Position numbers and translations under genes: made by a program. From Gammaproteobacteria bacterium (GTDB lineage Bacteria > Pseudomonadota > Gammaproteobacteria > GRL18): 64,000 nucleotides of DNA. The notes under the pieces were generated by a model. That model saw only the letters and a program-made list of their open reading frames with translations. It did not search any database and had not been told where the DNA came from. The stretch is taken from assembly GCA_027012135.1 (NCBI GenBank), contig JALUZF010000137.1:946-64945 (forward strand), in the 5' to 3' direction. The first letter of the stretch is position 1, and every line of letters starts with the position of its first letter. This document shows positions 9,193-17,180 of this stretch, in pieces.

Positions 9193-11184
9193 TCAATACT
9201 GCCAGAGTAATTTAAAATAAAAAGCACGCTCAATTTCGACTCCATCGTCAATGCTATTACCTCGTACATATTCAATGTGATCCGGCTCTAACAGGTTCTG
9301 TCCAGTGATCGATAGCTCCAGTGCCTTATCAACCTGCCATGCCAGTCGGGCATCTAAAGTGGTATAACTGTCAATCGTTGTTTTGCGGTTTTCCAGGTAA
9401 TCCGTAAAATCATCCGTGTATTTAAACCATAAATTGAGATTAAGGTTCTCCCTTAACTGAATATCACTGCGCAGGGAAAGATTCTGATGAGGCGAATCAG
9501 TTACCAGCTCATCATTAATGCTCTTAAGTGTCTGGTTGTAGTAATTGTAGGCCAGATCCCAGCCCCACCAGTTATTCATCTGCCAGTGTGAAGCCAGCTC
9601 AAAACCGGAGGTATAACCGGTCTGGGCATTATTTAGATTAATAACAATGGGATCAGTCAGGGCAGCGGGTAATACTGAGGTAAAGTCCAGCAGGTCTTTA
9701 TATTCGCTGTAGTAAATAGTGGTATCAATGGATATTGAAGAGCTGGGTATAACCCGATAACCTATTTCATAGGAAGTGACTTCTTCTGATTTAATATTCC
9801 TGTTGCCCTGGAGTTTAAAGACCGGGAATCCACCTGGAGAGGGGAAAACCAGGGATGAATCGTATTCAAAACGTGATGGTATGCGGTTGGCTCTGGAAAT
9901 GGAAGACCACAGCTTATGCCTGGGATTAATATTCCAGAAAATCCGTGCAGTAGGCTGTATTTCCCAGTTGGTGTATTCATTGTGTTCAAATTTGGATCCC
10001 AGGGTTAACCAGAGAGTATTATCGATTAGGGTAATTTCATCCTGAACGAATAAGTTGTACAGACGCTCATTGTCATTATCTTCAACATAGGAGCCTTCCA
10101 CCATATCAAAATCAGCCCAGATATAGCGATAACCGGTGCCCCAGATAATGTCATGATTATTGAGGAGGCTGAAACGATGCTGAAATTCCATGTCCAGGGT
10201 TTGGTGGGTAATATCGGCATAGGCTTCATCTCTATTGGTATAATTATAGTAGGCCTGCAGCTTATAACTGGAAGTCAGGGATTCGGTGTGTTCCCAGCGA
10301 GTCAGAATATTAGCACCTTTAGAGCGGGTGCTCTGATCGGAGTAGCCCAGGCTGGGTGGACTCAGGTAAGCCAGTTCTGAAAATTCACTGTTTTTATTCT
10401 GATAAAGATCCCCCTGAATGGTCAGGTGATCCTGGTTATTTAACTGTCTGTCCAGCCTGCCGCCGCCCTGGTAGGAAGTCCAGTCATCATCCGCACTACC
10501 ACCACCTTTTAAATCATAATTACTGCGCTTATTGCCTTTAAAATAAATTTTGCCAAAGGAATCCGGATCCAGTTGTGTGCCATAACGGATGGAACCAAAA
10601 GCCCGTTCATGGGTGCCCCCACCGGCGCTGAACAGTGTTCCCTGGGTATCAATGGCGTTTTTAGTGATAATATTAATGACACCATTAACGGCATTGGCAC
10701 CCCATAGGGTTGCACCGGGACCGCGGATGACTTCAATGCGTTCAATATCTTCCAGCAGGGTATCCTGTACATCCCAGTATACTCCGGAAAAGGCTGGGGT
10801 ATAGACAGTGCGACCGTCTATCATAACCAGCAGCTTGTTGGCAAAACGGCCGTTAAATCCCCGGCTGGAAATAGCCCATTTATTGGTATCAATACGGGCG
10901 ACCTCAATACCCGGTGCCATCCTCAGTGCCTCGGGAATACTGGTTACACCGCTATGATGAATATCTTCCTGGGTGATCACAAAAACAGCCGCTGCACTGT
11001 CAGATAAGGTCTGTGCCTTTTTACTGACCGAGGTCACTTCCATGTTCATTAACTGTTCAATATCCAGTGACAGGATATCACTGTTTTGTTCAGACTGTTC
11101 GTGTTCTGCAGCAAAGCTGGTTTGCATTAATAACAGCAAACCAGTAGCGACAAGGTATCGTAATGTCAGATGTAGAAAACTCAT
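9193..11184 (-). CDS. TonB-dependent outer-membrane receptor
   Basis: 663 aa. Signal peptide, plug domain (IEVIRGPGATLWGANAVNGVINIITK), a long beta-barrel region and a C-terminal aromatic residue. Confidence 0.9.
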   Translation of the reverse strand: MSFLHLTLRYLVATGLLLLMQTSFAAEHEQSEQNSDILSLDIEQLMNMEVTSVSKKAQTLSDSAAAVFVITQEDIHHSGVTSIPEALRMAPGIEVARIDTNKWAISSRGFNGRFANKLLVMIDGRTVYTPAFSGVYWDVQDTLLEDIERIEVIRGPGATLWGANAVNGVINIITKNAIDTQGTLFSAGGGTHERAFGSIRYGTQLDPDSFGKIYFKGNKRSNYDLKGGGSADDDWTSYQGGGRLDRQLNNQDHLTIQGDLYQNKNSEFSELAYLSPPSLGYSDQSTRSKGANILTRWEHTESLTSSYKLQAYYNYTNRDEAYADITHQTLDMEFQHRFSLLNNHDIIWGTGYRYIWADFDMVEGSYVEDNDNERLYNLFVQDEITLIDNTLWLTLGSKFEHNEYTNWEIQPTARIFWNINPRHKLWSSISRANRIPSRFEYDSSLVFPSPGGFPVFKLQGNRNIKSEEVTSYEIGYRVIPSSSISIDTTIYYSEYKDLLDFTSVLPAALTDPIVINLNNAQTGYTSGFELASHWQMNNWWGWDLAYNYYNQTLKSINDELVTDSPHQNLSLRSDIQLRENLNLNLWFKYTDDFTDYLENRKTTIDSYTTLDARLAWQVDKALELSITGQNLLEPDHIEYVRGNSIDDGVEIERAFYFKLLWQY

Positions 11185-11277
11185 AATAGTTTATATTTAT
11201 ATAAGGTTATTTAAGAGAATAATAACATTCTTATATTCTGACATCTATAAGGGTTTTACTACACACTAAAACTATTT

Positions 11278-11307
11278 AGCCCCTGTCCAGTAAATGGAAC
11301 AGGGGCT
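11278..11307 (-). terminator. GC-rich hairpin downstream of the rhodanese operon (possible terminator)
   Basis: agcccctgtcc / loop agtaaat / ggaacaggggct, an 11-bp stem with one bulge. There is no clean U-run on the minus strand. Confidence 0.35.
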
Positions 11308-11349
11308 AAATGAAGAGGGTAATGGCTGTTCGGTCAGCTATCTGAAATG

Positions 11350-11814
11350 CTAGGGACCCAGCTGATCATCACTGACCCGGGGAATATGATAGGCTTCAGC
11401 GGTTTCCAGATCCACTTCCCCATCATCATTGTATAGTGGCAGATCATACTCATTCCAGCCCTTTAAGCCGGTTTTAAGAGAATAGACATCCTGGTAACCC
11501 ATTAGCTGCATGATCTGGGCTGCGAGTAAACTGCGGTTTCCGGAACGACAGACCACCAGAATTTTTTTATCCCTGGCCCGAACCAGTTCCGGACAGGTTT
11601 CGTCATAGCCCCATTCACAGGCTGTTTCCAGCACACCCCGTGGAATATTGAGGGCATCCTTAATTCGCATATTACGGTATTCATAAGGTTCACGAACATC
11701 CAGGATCATTAGATCCTTATTGTTTTCCAGCAGCTCTTCGACATCCCAGGGAAACATTTCCTTTACTTCTTTCTGAGCATTTTTTAACAGTTGATTAAAT
11801 GTCATAGCAGTCAT
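11350..11814 (-). CDS. Single-domain rhodanese (sulfurtransferase)
   Basis: 154 aa, no signal peptide. Active-site loop CRSGNRS in the typical rhodanese context. Confidence 0.85.
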   Translation of the reverse strand: MTAMTFNQLLKNAQKEVKEMFPWDVEELLENNKDLMILDVREPYEYRNMRIKDALNIPRGVLETACEWGYDETCPELVRARDKKILVVCRSGNRSLLAAQIMQLMGYQDVYSLKTGLKGWNEYDLPLYNDDGEVDLETAEAYHIPRVSDDQLGP

Positions 11815-11838
11815 AAGGCTTACCTTTTCAAATTAGTG

Positions 11839-12489
11839 TCAGGAGTCTGATTTTTTTAGCAGGCCATGCTGCACCGCCATAACTGCTGCTTCAACCCGGG
11901 AATGGATGTTCAGTTTGCGTAAAATGGCTTTGACATGCAGCTTGACCGTGCCGTCAGAAATATCAAGATTTCGGGCAATCACCTTGTTACTCTGGCCTTC
12001 GGCCAGCAAAAACAGGATTTCGGTTTCCCTTGGGGTCAGCTCTGAAAAAGGACTGGGTTCTGGTGCCGGGGGCACATGACCCTGTACTACCTTGGCCAGA
12101 ATAGGGGTGAGATCCGGTGCAACCACGGTTTTGCCTTCATGAATATCCTGCAGGGCGGCGACCAGTTCATCCGGCTGCATACCCTTAAGTAAAAAGCCCT
12201 GGGCACCGCATTGCAGGGCTTCAATCAGATCCCGTTCATCATCCACTGTGGTCAGAATGGCAATGGGCATAGTTTCACCATTTTCCCGCAGGCTTTTTAA
12301 TACCGCTATCCCGTCCATATCCGGCATGCGCATATCCAGCAGTACCACATCGGGCTTTTTTTCACTGACAATTTTAAGACCTTCCTGACCACTGCCGGCA
12401 CTGGCAATGACTTCAATACCCATTCGTTCCAGCAGTCCCTGTAAGCCTGCACGGAACAGGGTATGATCATCTATTAGTAATACTCGCAT
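11839..12489 (-). CDS. NarL/FixJ-family response regulator
   Basis: 216 aa. Receiver domain (VLLIDDH, LLDMRMPDMDG) plus a LuxR-type HTH (LTPRETEILFLLAEGQSNKVIARNL). Confidence 0.9.
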   Translation of the reverse strand: MRVLLIDDHTLFRAGLQGLLERMGIEVIASAGSGQEGLKIVSEKKPDVVLLDMRMPDMDGIAVLKSLRENGETMPIAILTTVDDERDLIEALQCGAQGFLLKGMQPDELVAALQDIHEGKTVVAPDLTPILAKVVQGHVPPAPEPSPFSELTPRETEILFLLAEGQSNKVIARNLDISDGTVKLHVKAILRKLNIHSRVEAAVMAVQHGLLKKSDS

Positions 12490-12551
12490 TATTGTTATGC
12501 CACTTTTTATTTTAGAGCAATTGTTTAAGGGGAGTAGCCCTTAATCTATTA

Positions 12552-12587
12552 TTCCCTCTCCCTCTGGGAGAGGGTTAGGGTTAGGGC
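12552..12587 (+). repeat. REP-like element, copy 1 (CCCTCTCCC-TCT-GGGAGAGGG followed by TTAGGGTTAGGG)
   Basis: Perfect 9-bp stem with a 3-nt loop, read directly. It sits in the 114-nt spacer between the kinase stop and the regulator start. A second copy is at 39726-39763. Confidence 0.6.
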
Positions 12588-12603
12588 AGTATCCCAGCCG
12601 GCT

Positions 12604-14235
12604 TTATGGGAAAAACTTGACCGATTTTTCTACTACGGGCTGGGTAGGGAATGTTAGCAGAATTCTGGTTCCCTCTCCAGTTTCAGTTTCAATTGAAATT
12701 CTGCCGCCGATACGGCGTGCCCGTTCTTCCATAACACTCATACCAATATGCTCCCCGAGACTATTGGTTAAATTAGGATTTTCCATGCCCCTGCCATCAT
12801 CTTCAATAAGTATTTCGCACTGGTTATTGTCTTCTTCGTAGCGGTGGCCTGGTTTAGGGCTTCGTGCCAGAATACGAACGGTTCGGGCATTACTGTGCTT
12901 GCGGACATTGGCCAGCGATTCCTGGACAATACGCACGATCTGGAATTCCTGTTCTGAAGTCAGGTCCATGGACCATTCATTCTGAAAAAACACCGAGATA
13001 TCGCAATTAGACTTAAAGTTAGAAATAAGCTTTTCCAGGGCTGGTATCAACCCGCGTTTATCCATGGGGGCTCGGAAATGGGTGATCAGCCCGCGTACTT
13101 CACGGTAGGCCTCGTCAATGCTTTCATGCAGACAGGTGACTTCTTCACGGGTGACAGGAATGCCTTCAATAATATTTTCTTCCAGGATGGTGACCTGAAA
13201 ACGTAAACTGGCCAGGGTCTGTGCCAGGGAATCGTGCAGTTCGTGCGCCAGCAGAGTTCTTTCCTTCATAATGGAGTGCTGGCGGGTATCTTTATCCAGG
13301 CGGGATTTTTCAATGGCCATACCCAGATGCTTACCGATACTGGTGAGCAGTTCAGATAAATCCTCGCTCATATAGACATTGGGCTGGTCAATAAACAGGT
13401 TATAAATTCCCAGATGTACACCCTGATGCTCCAGGGGAACAGCAATAATTTCAGCATCATTACCATCAAACAGCATGGTGCCGGAAAGTTTGGTACAGTT
13501 TTTAATGGAAATGCCGCATTCAACCGAACCCTGGGTTAAGGATGTGCCGCATAAACAGCGCTGAATAGGTACAAAACGTTCTTCCTCAACAAACTGTTCG
13601 TTCAGGCCCATGGAGGCCACCATTTTTAATTGATCGTCATCGGTGCGTAAACGTACAGTCCCGGCCCGGGCATTGGTCAGGCTGATAAGCATTTTCAGGA
13701 AACGGGATAACAGGTCTTCCAGGTCTTTGGACTGGTTAATGGAAGTGGCCACTTCATAAAGAATATTCAGGGAACGATTTTTTTCCTCTACCTTATGGGT
13801 TTGCTTATCAACTTCCTGCTGAAATTCTGCAGACAGGGCCTGCAGTTTGTCACTCAGGGAATTAATATCATGGGACAGCTTGGAAAATTCACCCTTGCGG
13901 GGGACCGGCAGGCGAGCAGAATAATCCTTTTTCTTCATTCTCATGGCCCAGTTGCGTAAATGAATAAAAGGCGTGACCAGGTCGTGACGAACCAGAAAGG
14001 AGATACGGATAATCAGGAACAGTCCTGAAAACAGGAAAATAAGATTAAGAACAATTAACAGGAGGTGGCTGGAGATGATCTGGCTGGCTGCAAGCAAACC
14101 CAGCATGGACATGGCTAGCAGTAATATGCCCAGACTGACAATAGGCAGAAACAGCCGGCTGTATTTCAGCTGAATGAGCTGATTAGCCTGTTCCTGTCGA
14201 TTTTTAAAACGTTTTTTTATCTGTGTAAGTGGCAT
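12604..14235 (-). CDS. NarX/NarQ-type sensor histidine kinase with GAF-like module
   Basis: Two TM segments plus HAMP, a GAF-like central region, HisKA_3 H-box HELHDSLAQTLASL, and HATPase (EDDGRGM). ATG at 14235 is preferred over the in-frame TTG at 14286. Confidence 0.85.
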   Translation of the reverse strand: MPLTQIKKRFKNRQEQANQLIQLKYSRLFLPIVSLGILLLAMSMLGLLAASQIISSHLLLIVLNLIFLFSGLFLIIRISFLVRHDLVTPFIHLRNWAMRMKKKDYSARLPVPRKGEFSKLSHDINSLSDKLQALSAEFQQEVDKQTHKVEEKNRSLNILYEVATSINQSKDLEDLLSRFLKMLISLTNARAGTVRLRTDDDQLKMVASMGLNEQFVEEERFVPIQRCLCGTSLTQGSVECGISIKNCTKLSGTMLFDGNDAEIIAVPLEHQGVHLGIYNLFIDQPNVYMSEDLSELLTSIGKHLGMAIEKSRLDKDTRQHSIMKERTLLAHELHDSLAQTLASLRFQVTILEENIIEGIPVTREEVTCLHESIDEAYREVRGLITHFRAPMDKRGLIPALEKLISNFKSNCDISVFFQNEWSMDLTSEQEFQIVRIVQESLANVRKHSNARTVRILARSPKPGHRYEEDNNQCEILIEDDGRGMENPNLTNSLGEHIGMSVMEERARRIGGRISIETETGEGTRILLTFPTQPVVEKSVKFFP

Positions 14236-14334
14236 GTCTACATATTGTTTAACACAAAAGACGAGTCTAACAGAACAGCAGAGCAATTGTCACTCTGCTG
14301 TATTGAGCGGATAGGCTCTGACTAAATGGTAAAC

Positions 14335-14658
14335 TTACTGTGCAGGCGGCTTGTAGTTAGGATCATTGGGATTCTTGAAAATAAACTGTTTGTCATCACC
14401 TTCTACTTCACTGTCCACTTCGACAAAGTCGATTTCCATGCCGTTTAACAGATCCACCATGTCATTATTGACAATAATTTTAACTCCGCGGGATTCAACC
14501 AGGGTATCGTCTTCCTTCTGGGTATCAAAACCCATAAGATACTGAAATCCCTGTATTTTAGAATGGGTGGTAACTGCCACTCTTAAGGGATCATCACTGC
14601 CGCTGGCTTTAATCTGTTCCAGAATTTGATTAGCTGCATCTTCTGTCAGTTTTATCAT
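14335..14658 (-). CDS. dsrR: DsrR (IscA/A-type-carrier-like protein lacking the cluster-binding cysteines)
   Basis: 107 aa with an IscA/HesB-like sequence and no cysteine at all. 4-bp overlap with dsrN upstream, as expected for dsrNR. Confidence 0.75.
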   Translation of the reverse strand: MIKLTEDAANQILEQIKASGSDDPLRVAVTTHSKIQGFQYLMGFDTQKEDDTLVESRGVKIIVNNDMVDLLNGMEIDFVEVDSEVEGDDKQFIFKNPNDPNYKPPAQ

Positions 14659-16142
14659 AGTTTCCTCTCACTTGATTGTTTTGTGTTAGTTTGTATTAGT
14701 TGTTTGTTTGTGGGTATATGTTTGCATTGCTTAATAAATTTAACAAATCGGCTTGTCCAGTGATTCTGGGTCGTGTCCTGTAAATGGGCATAACAGGCCA
14801 GTAGATTTTTATAGATGATGCCGTCATGATGACCGTCAATGCCGCTGCCGCGATGGATAGTATAGGCAAATGTTAAGGGCTGCTGAATATTCACCAGGTG
14901 GGAATAGTGAAACTCATGGGCAGAAATGATTTTTTCTGCGTTAATTTCTTTATCTATAGTATCACTGCCACTCTCAAGCCTTGGCCAGGGCATGGCTTCA
15001 GTCTCTGTAAAGCGGATTAAACCGCGTCCCTGAGGGGTTTCTTCCATTCTGGCATCAGCGGGAATAACGCCGGCCATGGCATATTGTATATCATTCCAGA
15101 TAATATTCTGACATAAATACATCAGCCCGCCGCATTCAGCGTAGGTGGGGAGGCCGTTTTCAATGGCTTCCTGTATTGACTGACGAAAGGACTGATTGGC
15201 ATTAAGCTCCTGCAGCCGTTCTTCAGGGAAGCCGCCGCCGATAAACAGGCCGTCAATATCCTCAGGTAAGCGAGTATCTTTCAGGGAATTGACTTCAATC
15301 AGCTGTGCTCCGGCCTGTTCCAGTGCTTCCAGATCACCGGGGTAGTAAAATCCAAAGGCTGAATCATTAATATAGGCCAGGCGGATATCAGCGGCTATCG
15401 GCTGAGTATTAGGAAGCGATCTAATGGTACTTTTAAGATGTTTTGGGGAATGATGGTGACTGATGTCTATAATTTGTTCAAGATCGGTCTGGGCTGAAAT
15501 AATGGTACCGATATCATTAATTTTCTGCTGGGCTTCACCATCTTCATTACTGGGCATCAGGCCCAGGTGCCGTTCTACAATTTCCAGACGTTTGTCTCTG
15601 TGGATTGCGCCCAGTACCGGAACATCAGTATAATGTTCAATAACAGCCCGCAGCTTGCTCTCATGGCGGGAACCGCCCAGCTGATTAAGAATAACTCCGG
15701 CAATATTAATACCCGGATCAAAAGACTGGTAACCGAGGATCAGCGGGGCGATACCCCGGGTCATGCCCCGGGCATCCAGTACCAGTATAACCGGGGCATC
15801 GAGCAGTTTGGCAATGGCGGCATTACTATTACTGCCGTCCAGATCAAGGCCATCGTATAAACCCTTATTGCCTTCAATAATACTGATATCCGAAGCGGTT
15901 ATTTTTCTGGATACCAGTTGCAGAATCTCGTCTCTGGACATGGTGTTAAAGTCCAGGGAATAGCACGGCCGGCCGGCCGCACTGCCATGCCAGAGCGGAT
16001 CAATATAATCAGGACCCTTTTTAAAGGGCTGAACACGCAGATCTTTCTGCTTCATAGCGGCCAGCAGACCAATGGTAATGGTGGTTTTACCAGAGGATTT
16101 ATGGGCAGCAGAGATAAATAAGGGGGTTGAAGAAATCGACAT
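14655..16142 (-). CDS. dsrN: DsrN, cobyrinate a,c-diamide synthase-like siroheme amidase
   Basis: 495 aa, CobB/CbiA family. N-terminal AAHKSSGKTT, C-terminal amidotransferase Cys motif AECGGLMYL. Located in the dsr context. Confidence 0.85.
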   Translation of the reverse strand: MSISSTPLFISAAHKSSGKTTITIGLLAAMKQKDLRVQPFKKGPDYIDPLWHGSAAGRPCYSLDFNTMSRDEILQLVSRKITASDISIIEGNKGLYDGLDLDGSNSNAAIAKLLDAPVILVLDARGMTRGIAPLILGYQSFDPGINIAGVILNQLGGSRHESKLRAVIEHYTDVPVLGAIHRDKRLEIVERHLGLMPSNEDGEAQQKINDIGTIISAQTDLEQIIDISHHHSPKHLKSTIRSLPNTQPIAADIRLAYINDSAFGFYYPGDLEALEQAGAQLIEVNSLKDTRLPEDIDGLFIGGGFPEERLQELNANQSFRQSIQEAIENGLPTYAECGGLMYLCQNIIWNDIQYAMAGVIPADARMEETPQGRGLIRFTETEAMPWPRLESGSDTIDKEINAEKIISAHEFHYSHLVNIQQPLTFAYTIHRGSGIDGHHDGIIYKNLLACYAHLQDTTQNHWTSRFVKFIKQCKHIPTNKQLIQTNTKQSSERKL

Positions 16143-16211
16143 TTAGGATCTATAAGGGTAAAATTAAATTTTTCAATGGTTTGGCTATAAGGCCATAATC
16201 AGCAGGGCAAT

Positions 16212-16240
16212 AAAAAAGGGCCGCATAAGCGACCCTTTTT
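16212..16240 (-). terminator. Rho-independent terminator after the 69-aa gene
   Basis: aaaaaaggg-ccgcataagcg-acccttttt: a GC stem flanked by A/T runs, between the 69-aa gene stop and the dsrN start. Confidence 0.6.
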
Positions 16241-16317
16241 CATATATTCAGTTGCTGTTTCAGGCAGATATTAACAGAATAAACCTATGTTAAAAAAACC
16301 TGTAACAGAAGTGGAGA

Positions 16318-16527
16318 TTAACGTTTCCAGCCTGAACCTTTTTCTTCGTGAGCCATATCCAGAACCTGAACGGCTTTATCCATATAGTCATTCTTATAGG
16401 TTTCTAAAGGATGACCGGCACCTGGATTGTAGTAATCATCAGGATGCATACCATTTTCATGCTCAAATTTGATAAATTCTCTTTGCATTTTAAGTAATTC
16501 TTGAATCAGTTCTGCTTTAGTGCTCAT
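16318..16527 (-). CDS. Small hypothetical protein (69 aa)
   Basis: Isolated ORF with its own terminator. No recognised domain. Confidence 0.5.
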   Translation of the reverse strand: MSTKAELIQELLKMQREFIKFEHENGMHPDDYYNPGAGHPLETYKNDYMDKAVQVLDMAHEEKGSGWKR

Positions 16528-16672
16528 TTCATATCTCCGAAAAACTGAATTAAACTCAGTTATAAGCTAAATATTTCGACATAATATATCTGAGAAGATT
16601 CTAATATACTATATCTACAATGGGTAGTGTTGAATGATAATTAAAATTTTGTTCATTCAGGTTAATGGCGTA

Positions 16673-17011
16673 TTAATAACCGCCTTTACGCTTGCTTTCT
16701 GGTAAGCCTGAAATACGGCCGCCCTGTTTGCTGGGATCTTTTGGAAACAGATCATACAGATCTTTAGAGCCAATCTTTTCACCCCAGGTTGCACTCATTT
16801 CTTTAATCATGGTGCGGGTATTGGGTTGCTTGCCGCCATTATTGATGTACTGGTCACGCAGGTAGTTAATAAGATCCCAGTGTCTGTCTGTCAGCTCAAG
16901 ACCTTCTTCTGCCGCCATCTGTTTTGCCAGATCTTCACTCCAGTCATTAATGTCGACCAGGTAACCGTTAGGGGTGGTTTCTATTTCTTTACCTTCAAAA
17001 GTAATGGCCAT
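16673..17011 (-). CDS. DsrC/TusE-family protein without any cysteine (RspA-type paralogue)
   Basis: 112 aa, collinear with DsrC/TusE (FEGKEIETTPNGYL, HWDLINYLRDQY, DLYDLFPKDPSKQGGRISGLP). The C-terminus is ESKRKGGY instead of the PxxGC(V) arm. No Cys residues. Confidence 0.85.
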   Translation of the reverse strand: MAITFEGKEIETTPNGYLVDINDWSEDLAKQMAAEEGLELTDRHWDLINYLRDQYINNGGKQPNTRTMIKEMSATWGEKIGSKDLYDLFPKDPSKQGGRISGLPESKRKGGY

Positions 17012-17061
17012 AAATCTGCTCCGTAAACTTATATTGGATAAAACATTATTGGATAAAATAC

Positions 17062-17085
17062 GATAATAAATTCAGATTTATTATC
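17062..17085. promoter_or_regulatory. Perfect 10-bp inverted repeat upstream of the Cys-less dsrC-like gene
   Basis: gataataaat-tcag-atttattatc read directly, 51-74 nt upstream of the start at 17011. Candidate operator, though the AT-rich context lowers its significance. Confidence 0.3.
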
Positions 17086-17133
17086 ACTAAAAACTTAATA
17101 AATTGAATAGGAAATAATATATTAGTTAAAAAT

Positions 17134-17160
17134 AAAAAACACCTCTCAAAAGAGATAGGT
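17134..17160 (-). terminator. Putative terminator after the Cas6-like gene
   Basis: The minus strand reads acctatctc-tttt-gagaggt followed by a U-run. The stem has a 2-nt bulge. Confidence 0.4.
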
Positions 17161-17180
17161 TGCATATTTATTGATATAGG

